Shown one piece after another: positions 51,912-64,000 of a stretch of 64,000 bases of DNA. Position 1 is the first letter of the stretch. Every line of letters starts with the position of its first letter. The notes beneath the pieces are model-generated. The model searched no databases, was not told the DNA's origin, and saw nothing but the letters and a program-made list of their open reading frames with translations. The stretch covers positions 146,274,897 through 146,338,896 of the forward strand of contig NC_085845.1 in the NCBI RefSeq assembly GCF_035594765.1. The letters are read 5' to 3'. A program made the position numbers and the translations under genes. This DNA comes from Anolis carolinensis (taxonomy: Eukaryota).

Positions 51912-52443
51912 TCAGACCACACCTGGAATACTGTGTCCAATTTTGGGCACCGCAGTTGAAGGGAGATGTTGACAAGCTGGAAAGCGTCCAGAGGAGGGCG
52001 ACTAAAATGATTAAGGGTCTGGAGAACAAGCCCTATGAGGAGAGGCTTAAAGAACTGGGCATGTTTAGCCTGCAGAAGAGAAGGCTGAGAGGAGACATGA
52101 TAGCCATGTACAAATATGTGAGGGGAAGTCACAGGGAGGAGGGAGCAAGCCTGTTTTCTGCTGCCCTGCAGACTAGGACACGGAACAATGGCTTCAAACT
52201 ACAGGAAAGGAGATTCCACCTGAACATCAGGAAGAACTTCCTCACTGTGAGAGCTGTTCGACAGTGGAACTCTCTCCCCCGGGCCGTGGTGGAGGCTCCT
52301 TCTTTGGAGACTTTTAAGCAGAGGCTGGATGGCCATCTGTCAGGGGTGCTTTGAATGCGATTTCCTGCTTCTTAGCAGGGGGTTGGACTGGATGGCCCAT
52401 GAGGTCTCTTCCAACTCTACTATTCTATGATTCTATGATTCTA
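51912..52443 (+). mobile_element. CR1 LINE, 5'-truncated, young
   Basis: Open ORF2 C-terminus to the stop at 52354 and a (TTCTATGA)n tail. Near-identical to 27384-27925. Confidence 0.95.
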
Positions 52444-52828
52444 CCTTATTTCTGTGATCATTATGGTGCCACAAGTTTAAATGAATTTTAAATCTGAAAC
52501 TACACTTGTTAGTCTGGCTCCATATTGTTTGGGGTATTGTTATTTTTTTTCTCCAACACTGTCCAATCTTTTGTTGTCTCACTTTTTCATCTATGTTTAA
52601 AATGTCTCAATTTCTCTCTCTTCTTCACATTTCTCATTTTGTCCTCAACTCATTTCAATTGCTAGAGACTACGTTGAAATTCAAAAGTAGTTTGTACTCC
52701 ATTAACTCAGCAGGACAGAGAGGAAAGGAAACGAGATGATTTCACCCTTCCCAGTAGGCTCAGGCAAATGCAAAGTGCTGCAAGTTTTCCTAGCTTGTGT
52801 ATTTTTCCTCATTAATGACTTCCATTGT

Positions 52829-53072
52829 GGAGCCCCCGGTGGCACAATGGGTTAAACCCTTGTGCCAGCAGGACTACAGTGGGTCGAATCTGGGGAGCAG
52901 GGTGAGCTCCCATCTGTCAGCTCCAGCTTCCCATGCAGGGGCATGAGAGAAGCCTCCAATAGGATGGTAAAACATCTAGGTGTGCCCTGGACAATGTCCT
53001 TGCAGACAATCAATTCTCTCACACCAGAAGCGATTTGCAGTTTCTCAAGTCACTCCTGACACACTCAAAAAA
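52829..53072 (+). mobile_element. tRNA-derived SINE (Anolis SINE2-like), older subfamily
   Basis: Homologous to 22196-22468. TSD gacttccattgt/gactttcattgt (52817-52828, 53073-53084). Confidence 0.85.
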
Positions 53073-54446
53073 GACTTTCATTGTTTTGACTACCCTTTGA
53101 TCCTTACTTTCACTAGAGTTGATGTCACCCAATGGAATCACTCATGGTTTTACCCTCAAGGATCTCCTTATGTACTAGACCACACTACATTATTATAGCT
53201 GATACCATTAAATTTGATAAAAACAGCAACATTTTTTTAAAAAAAATCCAGCAGCCATGAAAACAACAGTGTGTACATGTAACACATGCAGTCAAAGCCA
53301 TGTGATTAGAAGCATAATTGTAACTGGGGAATAATGACAGCTCAGACAGGAGTACATGCACATTAGTAGGATCAAAATGCATGACCATGGAGTTTTAATC
53401 TTGTAGATATATTGATACAGGACATATAAATTGATCTTACATAAAATATATTTTGGGAATATGTAACTGCAGGGATATTTTTATTTTAAAAAGAATACCT
53501 TCCTGCTGAAACACCATACAAAACCTTTTGGTATTAAGAAAAGCACAGGCATTCCTTTCTCAAGGAGACTAACTAGTAACTACGGACTAACTTCTGAATA
53601 TTTTGTTGCTTTCCTTCTTGAATAAGATACATTTATATTCAGCCTTTTGCCCTAGAAGCTCAGGGCAATGAACAACCAAGGCAACATAAATTAAAAATGG
53701 AAAACACAACTTCAATAATAATAAATCACTTAAAGAGCAGTAGAGGAAACAAAGACAGCACCTTCTCCTTGGGGATGGAAAGAATACACACCTTTATTCA
53801 TTTCTTGGCCAAAAACAGGTTTCCCAAGTGAATTTTCTGTGTGAGTAACACAGTGGTAAGAATTTTAGACAGTTTTTGTCTGGTATTTTCACATGCCAGC
53901 TGTTTCATGAAATATTCTGTATAGAAATGCAAATTGGATCATTTGTTTGTTTACATGATGACTATAATGGCAAGAGTTGTATAGATAAACTCCACAATTT
54001 TCACACAAAGAGCAGTGGCCATATCATATCAATAACTATATAAATATATCTACAAATGAGATAAAGTATTGACTCTCTTATCCCAACTTTAACTCCATGG
54101 AGAGTCTCCAAATAATGGAGATCTCTGTACATAGGATGCTTCAGGGTGATATGTCCAACACAGCAATTCAGGGACAGGAGGATCTGTCTTTATCACCTTG
54201 AATATTGTAGCATTGTTGAATTTGGAGCATTTATCCCTATTGTAATTTGAGATCATGAATTTATAATTTCAATGCAAGATACCAGCCACTTTTCCCAGTC
54301 ACTTTTTTTGTTACCAAAAACAAAAATTGTCATGTGACTTTCTAAAACCAGTGTTATGAATGAAAAAATGGGGGTGGGTTTACAAAAACTTATGTTTTAA
54401 TGCAAAAAATACTTTCCAGAAACCAATTTGGTACTAAGTTAATGTA

Positions 54447-55158
54447 CAGTAGAGTCTCACTCATCCAACATTCTGGATTATCCAATGCATTTTTGTAGTC
54501 AATGTTTTCAATACATTGTGATATTTTGGTGCTAAATTCGTAAATACAGTAATTAGTACATAGCATTACTGCGTATTGAACTACTTCTTCTGTCAAATCC
54601 ATTGTATGATATGATGTTTTGGTGCTTAATTTGTGAAATCATAACCTAATTTGATGTTTGATGGAGAGGCCCTGCTCGTGATCCCGCCTGCGTCGCAAGC
54701 GCAGTTGGTGGGGACATGAGACAGGGCCTTCTCCGTGGTGGCCCCCTGACTCTGGAACACCCTCCCCAAGGATCTCAGACAGGCCCCTACATTGGCAGTC
54801 TTCAGAAAGAACTTGAAGACCTGGCTGTTCCAATGTGCCTTCCCAGATTAATAGGAAATCTCCAACACCAAGTCCCATAAGCACTTTATTAGAACTAAGA
54901 TTGTATATCGCACTCTGCACTTGCCCTAGAAGCCTTATATATCACCTGTCACATCAGCACTTTTAATCTTGTACCCATTACTCTGGCCCGGCCCAGTTTT
55001 ATTGTGTTTTAGCGTATTGTTTATTGCTTGTTGTTTATACTGTTTTAATTGTTTTTAATTTGCCTTTTGTTTTGTATTGTTATATTGTGTGTTGAGGCCT
55101 TGGCCTTTGTAAGCCGCATCGAGTCCTTCGGGAGATGCTAGCGGGGTACAAATAAAGT

Positions 55159-55206
<48 letters not shown>

Positions 55207-55285
55207 TTTAATAGGCTTTTCCTTAATCCCTCCTTATTATCCAACATATTCACTTATCCAATGTTGGATAAGTGAGACTCTACTG
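54447..55285. mobile_element. Tc1/mariner MITE (cagtagagtctcac family) interrupted by L2
   Basis: TIRs and TA TSD. The family sequence resumes at 55204. Confidence 0.88.
54660..55203 (+). mobile_element. Young L2 3' fragment with (TAA)n tail
   Basis: RAFSVVAP*LWNTLP...FRKNLKTWLF motif and a duplicated atgttt at both junctions (54654-54659, 55204-55209). Confidence 0.85.
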
Positions 55286-55709
55286 TATGTAATATCAAAA
55301 GCATACATAAATTTCTGTGCAGAATATTTTCCCAAAATACTCTGGAATAATGTCCAAATATCAAGTTAGAACTGGTAAGCAGTGTCTGACTTCTCTCAAC
55401 ACAAGTTGAAAACTGTGAAAAATATTCATCCTCATTTCCGAGGACAAGCGAATATTTACATTTCTATTTCTCCGAATCTTTGAAAAGGAAATAGGAGTGT
55501 CTATAAACCGACTGCCTCTTCCAGCTAGACCGAGGAATACAGGAAAAGAAGATCACTATTCCCCCACAGGAAAGTGTGTGTTTTCCTCTTATATCCTGCT
55601 ATGCTTGAATGAACCGTTTGAGGATGCCCAGTGGCCAAATTGGAGATTCTGTGCCCAAAGTAATTAGCCCCTGCCCATTCTAGGCTGTTCATGCATAAAA
55701 TCATATGTA

Positions 55710-56046
55710 CAGTTGACCCTCCACATTTGTGGGTTTGACTTTTGCAGATTTTATTATTCGAACATTTGATTAAAATGTTTTATCTAGGAATCTCCAGCTC
55801 CTCCAATGTGATTCAGCTTCTAGTCAAAGTTAATAATAATAAGCTTAATAATAATGAGCTTTATTTATATCCCTCCCCCTCTCCCCGAAGGGACTTGGGG
55901 TGGCTAACCATAAAGTCGTGCTGGAAGATCTGGAGATTCCGAAAGAGTTTTTCTCCCTCAAGTAAATAAAGGCATTTTTAAAAATTTTGGTTTTTACTCA
56001 ACCACTCTTGTTCCCCTAACCTTAGCAAATGTGGAGCACTGACTAT
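55710..56046. mobile_element. Old Tigger-like MITE with an internal L2-tail fragment
   Basis: tacagttgaccctccacatttg ... caaatgtggagcactgactata inverted ends. Confidence 0.55.
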
Positions 56047-56664
56047 AGTGATATTTAGTACATTCTATGATCCCTTGTCATTGGATATGCTGGTTAGAAT
56101 GAACAAGTTTCCCACTCTCCTACATACATGATACATCAATTTGGCAGGGATGGTTCTGAGGGATCATCTATCATCCCACTTTTTCAGCTGCTTTTAAAAT
56201 ATTCCTGTTTCAGTCTCTTCTTTCCACCTCTTTGTCCTTGCCTATTTCAACTACTGAAAATTGAGTTCAGAGTACAAACATAATGTTCAATTAACTCGGG
56301 GGGGAGGGGAAAGGGGCTAAATCTTGCTCTTCCCAGAATTCTACAGCAAAATCAAACTGCGGCAGCCTCTCCTAGATTGTGTTTTTCCTTAGTAATAACT
56401 TGTGTGATCTTGACCAGACTCTGAAATGTAACCCCATATGTTCTGGTTTGCATCTGTGAAATGTCAAAAGCTATGCACTAACAGTCTTATTTATGTTTAC
56501 TCATTAAGTCACATGAAATTCAGTATAGCATCTCCACTCATAAGTGGATATGGCTATGATACTCAAATACCTAGGAGTAAGTTTCACTGAGCTCACTAGA
56601 GATTATTTCCAAGCAGGAAAATATTATTAGGTGATCCATGGGTTTATGGTGAAATACCTTACAC

Positions 56665-56968
56665 CAGTGTATTAAAGCACTGAGCTGCTGAACTTGCAGA
56701 CCGAAAGGTCCCAGGTTCAAATCCGGGGAGCCGAGTGAGCACCCGCTGTTAACTCCAGCTTCTGCCAACCTAGCAGTTAGAAAACATGCAAATGTGAGTA
56801 GATCAATGGCGGGAAGGTAACGGCGCTCCATGCAGTGATGCCGGCCACATGACCTTGGAGGTGTCTACAGACAACGCCGGCTCTTCGGCTTAGAAATGGA
56901 GATGAGCACCATCTCTGGACACGACTGGACTTAATGTCAGGGGAAACCTTTACCTTTACCTTTACCTT
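56665..56968 (+). mobile_element. Sauria SINE
   Basis: B box, conserved core and (ACCTTT)n tail. Confidence 0.9.
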
Positions 56969-58707
56969 AGAGAGAAAAGATTTTGTTGCTTCAGAGAGAA
57001 CATAAAATAATGCCCTTCCTTCACCATAATACAATATTTTTTTGCTTGATAATTTGCCACTGTATAATATTCACACCTCTATTTTTGGGTCCCAACATAT
57101 TTTTTCCCCTTTCCTTGTATAATTGTTGCAGGTAGCGCTAAACCAAACAAAAACAAACACAGCGCCTCCTTCCTTTCTCCCTCAAAGACAATTTAAATAA
57201 ATGAGGAGTTCTCCCTCTTTCCTCTCCTCGACTCAAGGGTTTGACTTTAAAGGAAAAAAACCAGTAAACACAAGGCACCAATTTTATCCAATTTCATCCA
57301 TCAAAAAAGGGGACAAAGGTACAAAGGTGTGACTATTATGTGATGAAATATGGTATGCATTAGTAAAGTCAAATTATTGTGGCACCTAAGGCAGGCTTTC
57401 CACAACAGCCTGGCAGTAAAAATACAGAAGTGACACAGTGCATAATGTAAGAGCTTGCTGAACTTTTGTGACACCCAAAACCTGCTGCTTGAGGCATCTC
57501 TCCACCCCTTTGCCTAATGGAAGGGCTGCCTCTCCACCTCCCGTTCCTCTTGTCTTTCCAGAATAAATCCACAGGATACATTGATTAGTAGTGGATTCAA
57601 ACAAGCTCTTCCTATGCATAAGAAAGGGAAAATGAGAACTACTGGTGTGGCTGTATGCACTTATATTTACAATTATCGTAGCTTATGCTCAATTTGGTTT
57701 TGTAGTCCATTGTCCAGCAGCTAATATGGTCCCAGGCATATGGCACAGCATGCTCTCAAGAGCTTAGCAAAGGTCTGTGTGATTGCTGAGTGACATATTC
57801 AAGAATACATGATGGTCACAGTCAGTGATTAACCTTTGCTACATGAGTAGTTATCTCAGAATGAAAACTAAGGGGGGTGGGCACAAATGTGTCAGGGATA
57901 AAGGGATGGCTATCAGGCCCCCAAAACCGGCCTGTAATTTGACTGCATTTGCACTCAAACCTGCATTTTGCGAACCTACATTTGTGACAGTTGTAATTTG
58001 AAACTTGAGGTGATAATGGGGCTGATTTCTGACATTGGTACGTGTATGAAATCTCAGTTATGCATATATTGAACAGAACAGCGGAAAAGGAAAGGTGTGC
58101 TTTAAATTTACCATCTATTGTTTTGCATCTATCCTTGTCTTGTATGATGCATGTCTGTATTAAATTAAGGTTGAATTTTAGATGCCTTTGTGTATTGTGT
58201 GCCTTCATTATGCTGCATATTTTGATTTTGTCATCTTTATGTTTATTTCTATGACAGGCAGCTTGCTGGTGTTGGGTGCAATTCTGCTATAAACATGATT
58301 GCTTTTCTTTCAGAACAGGGTTGTAATGATGCCGTATTGAATGACAGAAAAAAAATGAGACTGGCTATAGCTGATGTTTAAATTTCTTTTTGATTTAAAA
58401 AAAAAAATAAGAACTCTTTTATTAATATCCCTCCCTTTTTGATCAAGCATATTTAGACATCTATTTTAAAAACACCTTGGAGAGCACTCCAAAAGCCTGG
58501 AATTTCTTCTAATATCTGTATAGTCTAAAATAGAGTGGGGGCAATACTAAATCTTATTGAAACGTGTGTAGTTCTCTCACAACAACCATTTCTTTTAAAG
58601 AAAAAAAATCTATAATGCAAAGAAATGTGAAGCAGGGAGGTGTTGAGAGACAAAGAGAGTGTTAATCTTTTCCGTGAATTTTGTCTTCTCTTTTCAAAAC
58701 TGAATTA

Positions 58708-59048
58708 CTGTATATACTCAAATATAAGCCTAGTTTTTCAGCCCTTTTTTAAGACTGAAAAAGCCCCCCTCGGCTTATACTCGGGTGAGGGTCCTGGTTG
58801 GCTTATATTTGGGTCAGCTTATACTTGAGAATATATGGTACATTTTTTTATTTTTCTCTATTATTATTGGTATTATTACATTTATTATTTTTCTCTATTA
58901 TTATTGTTGCTACTATTACATTTACTCTATTATTATTATTATTATTATTAATACATTTATTATTTCACTCTGATCTTATTATTATTATTATTATTATTAT
59001 TGCATTTATTATTTTACTCTATTTATTATTTCTTGTATTATTTTCCTG

Positions 59049-59091
<43 letters not shown>

Positions 59092-59390
59092 ATGTAATAT
59101 TTTACTCTATTATTATTAAAAGGATACATAAGCACATTTATATTGAAGAAGATGAGAATAATAATTTGATCAGAGTTGGACAATCTTATCTTAAATTTGA
59201 ACTTTATGTAAATATTCAAAATCATTTAACCTACTGATGCCTCAATTAATGTAATTTTATTGGTATCTATTTTTATTTCTGAAATTTACCACCCTCGGCT
59301 TATACTGGAGTCAATGTTTTCCCAGTTTTTTGTGGTAAAATTAGGTGCTTCAGCTTATATTTGGGTCAGCTTATACTCGAGTATATACGG
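58708..59390. mobile_element. pogo/mariner-like non-autonomous element with an internal TAT-rich minisatellite
   Basis: TIR ctgtatatactcaaatataagc / gcttatactcgagtatatacgg, TA TSD, and repeated subterminal gcttata motifs. Confidence 0.85.
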
Positions 59391-59716
59391 TACCTTCCTT
59401 AGATATGTTTCCACACTCAGGTTGCAGGGGAACATTGCAAGGGAAAAATGAATTCAAGAAAGGTAGAATGAAAGTAATATGGGTGTGCACTATGTCTGTG
59501 TAATCTGGAGTAACATCACAGTCAGTTAAGCTTTGTGGAGTAAGTCCTTCCTCCTTTTCCATTTTTGTGCTACATGTTGCTTTTTCTGCAGTCTGTTTTT
59601 AATGCAAAATTAGCCATTTTGTTTGTTGCACACACCCATTTCAATATGATACCTAACACTGCATTGATAAAATATTTTGCCATGGTATTGTTCAGGGTTT
59701 TATTTTTACAGGTATT

Positions 59717-59912
59717 GATCCTGGAAGCTAAGCATGGTTAGCCCTGTTTCATACTTAGGTGGGAATCTACCAATGAATACCAAGTGCTGTAGGCTGTATT
59801 TCGGAGAAAGAAACTGGCTAAACTGCCTCTGAAAACTCTTTGCCTAAGAAAACCCTATGAAATTCAAGGGGTCACCATAAGTCGGCAGTGACATGAAGAT
59901 ATGCACACACAC
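59717..59912 (+). mobile_element. 5S rRNA-derived SINE (SINE3) with RTE-type tail
   Basis: tgatcctggaagctaagcatggttagccctg...tacttaggtgggaa...gaataccaagtgctgtaggct aligns with the 3' two-thirds of vertebrate 5S rRNA. Confidence 0.8.
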
Positions 59913-60572
59913 ATGGGAAAGTTCAGGAACTACTGAGTCTCTCCTTACTAATCTTGAGTGATAAAAGGGAAATCTCTTTAACGTTGAGCTTCAGATCCCT
60001 CTTAAGTTCTGTGAAATAGCTGAACAGACATTGTGGAAATATCTGCTAGCTGGGAGACCTCTTATCTGCTGCTTGAAGCTGACAGTCTGAAATCTCTATT
60101 TATTCATAGGGTAGAGCCGCTTACAGCCCCATGCTTCCCAGCTTAGATATCCAAAATGGACAAAGGGATACATAATATCTATCATTTGGGGAGACTGCTA
60201 TTTGAAGATGGATGATGAAACCCAACCAGCAAGAAGATCCCTTGAAAAGTAGTCATAGGGCCGTTCCACACTGCCATATAACCCAGAATATCAAGACAGA
60301 TAACCCACAGTGTTTGCTTTAAACTAGATTATCTGAGTCCACACTGCCATATTATCCTGTTCAATGTGGATTTTATACAGCTGAAAGGAACTGCACATCT
60401 AAAATACTTATTTATTCCCTTGGATACTTTGAACATTCATGACTCTATCCAGTCAGTGAAAAGGAATAGTCCCTTCACATAAGCACAGATTCATCACCTG
60501 ATGACCAGTTTTCTGGTGATGAGCCCCTCTTTACTCAGCTAATCTTTGGGTGACAAATAGGCAATCCAAATC

Positions 60573-60573
<1 letters not shown>

Positions 60574-60628
<55 letters not shown>

Positions 60629-60680
60629 TTTATTTATATCCCACATTTCTCTCTCACAGGACCCAAAGCAGCTTACAACA
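60574..60680 (-). repeat. (TAA)n microsatellite with a reversed L2-type tail
   Basis: About 16 TAA units then tatttatatcccac...ggacccaaagcagcttaca. Confidence 0.65.
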
Positions 60681-62774
60681 TATTAAAATCACATGAACAT
60701 GAATATTATAAACATGATAGGATAAATAGGTTAAGAAGAACAACTGCAGTATACATTCAAGTTCATGAGGCATCATTTCGAGACATATATTGCACTCTAC
60801 TTACTGCTTTGGTAGAACCTCATAGAATTTCTACTCAATTGCCATCATTTTTGAAAGTCCAAAACCACGGAGGCTTGTAAGCTAGGACTTTGTGGAGGAT
60901 TACTACTGTTAATTACTACTAAGCTAACTGGAATACATATCTTGCCAGTTTTTCTCCTTCTCTTTGAAGGCTTTGTATACCATTTGGGAGTATTGCATAA
61001 GATTTCCTGCATGGCTAGGGAACTTTTCTTAGCCAGCTAGATGAATTCCAATTTGGGAAAGATCTCAAGGGTTTCATTCCAGCAATGAATGAAGGTAAGG
61101 AGCTGTCAAAAGGAAAATGGGAGTGACTAGCTGCTTTACCAATATAATGTCAGTAAGCATAGGTCATTCCTTTGTATATCTATTCAAGAGTAAGCTCTTC
61201 TACAACATCTTCTGGGGCTACAAAGTAGAGCTCAGTTCCATGGAGTAGTTCCCCAGACTGCAAAGCAGAGCTCAGCTCTGTTCAGCGGCTTCCAAAAGCC
61301 TCAATAAAGCCTATTGTTTCTTATTGAAACAATCACGTCTCTCCCCCTCGCTATCCATTTTGGCTGTTATGTTGAAGAATTTGAACATGCAGATACCCTT
61401 GAACATTCAAATACCCTTGAAATGAAATCTTCAGAATAAAGGAAAATAGAATAAATTGATTAAAATGTTTTCAGCACATCACAATTTCTCTATAAAACAC
61501 TCACAATACAATTAAATTGCTGCAGGATTTCAATAGCTGGATATATTGCTGCCATTCTATTAACAAAGGCTCAACAAGACATTGGGGATGTCTGCCATCA
61601 GGCATGATTCACTGGGCATGCTGAAATATGCATTGATGACAGACATGAAGTTGGAACAGATTGAAAACAATGACAATTTACAGGAAACAATCCACAGAAA
61701 GGCAAATGGGTGGAAACCCATATAAATCCGAAGAACGTCAGAAGGATCAACATGAAGTGCATTCAAATGGTTCACTACTCTTGATGCAAGTGGATATTTA
61801 TTGTACCAGAGTCAAACTACCCATTATGTTAAAGACATGCTAAAAAGCATTGGGGATGTAAATCTTCATTTATTTCATTCCCACATGCAAGTCCTCCCAT
61901 GAGAATACAAGGCTTTCTGTGCACTTTTTGTACTCCAGCACTTAGTCTGGTAACATTTATTTGTGCAAAAATAGACAGTGTTGTTTAAATCCATGCCAGA
62001 AGTATGTTGCAAAAATAGCAATATTTCTCCACAGAAGATAGTCTTTTTTCCCTACAAAATTCACCAATTCATCTACATAACAACTCTATGAGGCTTTTCT
62101 GCATGGAAACAACTCTATTTTCACAGGTTACACAAGTGTATGCAATTTACACAGCATCCTGCAGAAACAGATATCCAGGTTCTCCTTGTGCAGTTTCCAT
62201 GTGCACACCAAGTGATGGTGCCAGATGTGTTTTATTTCCCCTTTCCCCCCCCCCCCTCAAAAAACAGCCAAGAAAACAAAACAAATGACCCATGGTCTAA
62301 ATCCTGTTGGCTAGTCCCAGCTAGAATAAAGTCACTGACTAATTTGTTAAACAATGAGTCAACATGTGGGTAAGACTGAACTTGACATGATCCAAGTATA
62401 TTAGTTACATATATAAGCAAAAGATTAATTATATGGCGCTTTTATTAGTTTTCTTGTAAATCATGGAAAACCTGTGGGCTTCTTGAGTTTCTAATATGGA
62501 ATCCTCAAGTAGCATAGGTAAAGGATTATGAGAGTCATACCTGAAAAAATTATGGAGGTCCAGTGTTTCTCACCCATTATATTTAAGTTTGGTTTAAAAA
62601 GAAATATGTTATCCTAACATATTTCACATGTTTTCCTTCTCAGCTCAGTAAAATGTCAGTAGTCAGTAGCACACAGTATTTCAGTAACCAAATCTGGTGT
62701 ATCGGATGAAAGGCTGAACTATGATAAAGGATGTCAGAGTAACATCATCTCCCACTTAGCTATGCAATATGTGT

Positions 62775-63316
62775 CCTGTATATACTAATGTATAAGTGAC
62801 CCTCATGTATGAGTCAAGGGCAAATTTGGGGACCAAATAACAGATTGTGTTATGTCCCATGGATAAGTTGAGGGTAATTCTGGAACAGGGGAAAGCACCA
62901 ATGCCATCACAGGAGACCAGCACTACTGGCCATTGCTGCCATTTTCCAACCTAAGCATTCAAAAAGGCCAGCATTGGTTCCATGGTGTAGAGCGATGGTT
63001 CTTAACCTCTAGGCCCCCAGATGTTTTAGCCTACAATTCCCAGAAATCCCAGCTAGTTTACCAGCTTTTAGGATTTCTGGGAGTTTAAGGCCAAACACAG
63101 GGACCCACAGGTTGAGAACCACTCGTATAGAAAGTAAAGTTGGTGGGTGCTTTTTAATGTTGTTTCAGGGTGGACTAAGCTCTTACCTTTTGCCACGCTA
63201 AAGAAGGGAGTGGTCCCCTTTTTGATAACATTTAAGGTACAGTACTCACACTCATCCAGTTTTGGGGTGGGTTGATTTTTTTGAATAAAATTTTTAGACT
63301 TACACATGGGTATTTA
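62775..63316. mobile_element. Old pogo-like element containing a nested hAT MITE
   Basis: ctgtatatactaatgtataagt ... gacttacacatgggtattta degenerate TIRs related to 58708. Confidence 0.5.
62993..63124. mobile_element. Palindromic hAT MITE, diverged copy
   Basis: Same family as 13947. TSD gtgtagag/gtatagaa (6 of 8). Confidence 0.8.
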
Positions 63317-64000
63317 GAATATATATGGCAACAGCCAAATCACACTCTTCTAAAGGGTTTGTAGTTAGTGTAAAACAGAAAAATAAAAACAGAAAATTAT
63401 TCAAAGCCACCAAGAAGGAAAACTAAGGTTACTGCAGTGTGCCTGCATTTCTGTAGCCTTTAATGGAAAATTCAACATTTCTGTAGCTTCCAACAGAAAA
63501 TTTCTTAGCAAAGTCAGCTTTGTTTGAGTAGAGTAGTAGACAGTTTCAGACATCAGGTGTTGGGCATCCCTCACACCCTCCTGGTCCTTGCAAGCCCTTT
63601 GCCCTTTCTACTTCCTTGGAAGAGTCTGCTTTTCACAATCTGTCTTTTCTCCTCTGCCCCCATAAACTAGTCTTTTTTCTTCAGAATCTGAAACCCTTCC
63701 TGGTATGGGAAAATCATTCAAATCAGTGTGGAAACATGATCCAGTCAGTTTCTGTACATGGAATAAGCAGAAGGATCTTGTTACAATATTTGCAAAAAAA
63801 ATGTCTTCGACAAGATCCATTATATAATGGCTTCACCAATCTCCCCAGTCATTATCTAGGATATCAACTACAAACATAAATTGCTGTGACGTTTGCATAT
63901 GAATAGAAAAAAAACTGGTCAGGTGCAGAGAGGACATAATCTCAGAAGTATTTTTCCTCTATGTTGTCAATGAACCTCTTTTACCTCTAGCCACAGTTCC

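Noticed and set aside
27467-52354. 148-aa and 173-aa ORFs as host genes
   Set aside because: Both are CR1 ORF2 C-termini from 5'-truncated insertions.
57100-57137. Recursive splice site (polypyrimidine, CAG|GT); similar motifs near 18722, 35030 and 59712
   Set aside because: The reconstituted donors (GTAGCG, GTAAAA, GTTCCT, GTATTG) are weak, and such motifs are expected by chance in 64 kb. Saw-tooth RNA-seq coverage would be needed.
58785-59097. Hydrophobic I/L/Y-rich ORFs resembling membrane proteins
   Set aside because: They come from the TAT-rich minisatellite inside a DNA transposon.
59717-59795. 5S rRNA gene
   Set aside because: It is diverged, lacks the 5' part and continues into a SINE body.

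Overview
This is AT-rich, repeat-dense vertebrate genomic DNA. The repeat families (Sauria SINE, a Vingi-tailed SINE, CR1 with a TTCTATGA tail, L2, R4/Dong, Rex1, many MITEs) point to a squamate, most likely an Anolis lizard. The only host coding sequence I can support is one 160-bp internal exon of TMEM117 on the + strand (17654-17813), so the rest of the window is probably its two very large flanking introns. Almost every other ORF in the track is either spurious or a retrotransposon fragment. The introns record many nested insertions, several with readable target-site duplications (TSDs). The most notable observations are: a Penelope-type minimal hammerhead ribozyme motif in the sense orientation, R4/Dong elements stacking in (TAA)n tails, a composite hAT element carrying CR1 and R4 pieces, a solo LTR, a shared SINE/Vingi 3' tail, two snap-back hairpins inside SINEs, and a few CpG-retaining unique segments. 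I found no convincing new multi-gene system. Family names come from recall and motif recognition, not database searches.
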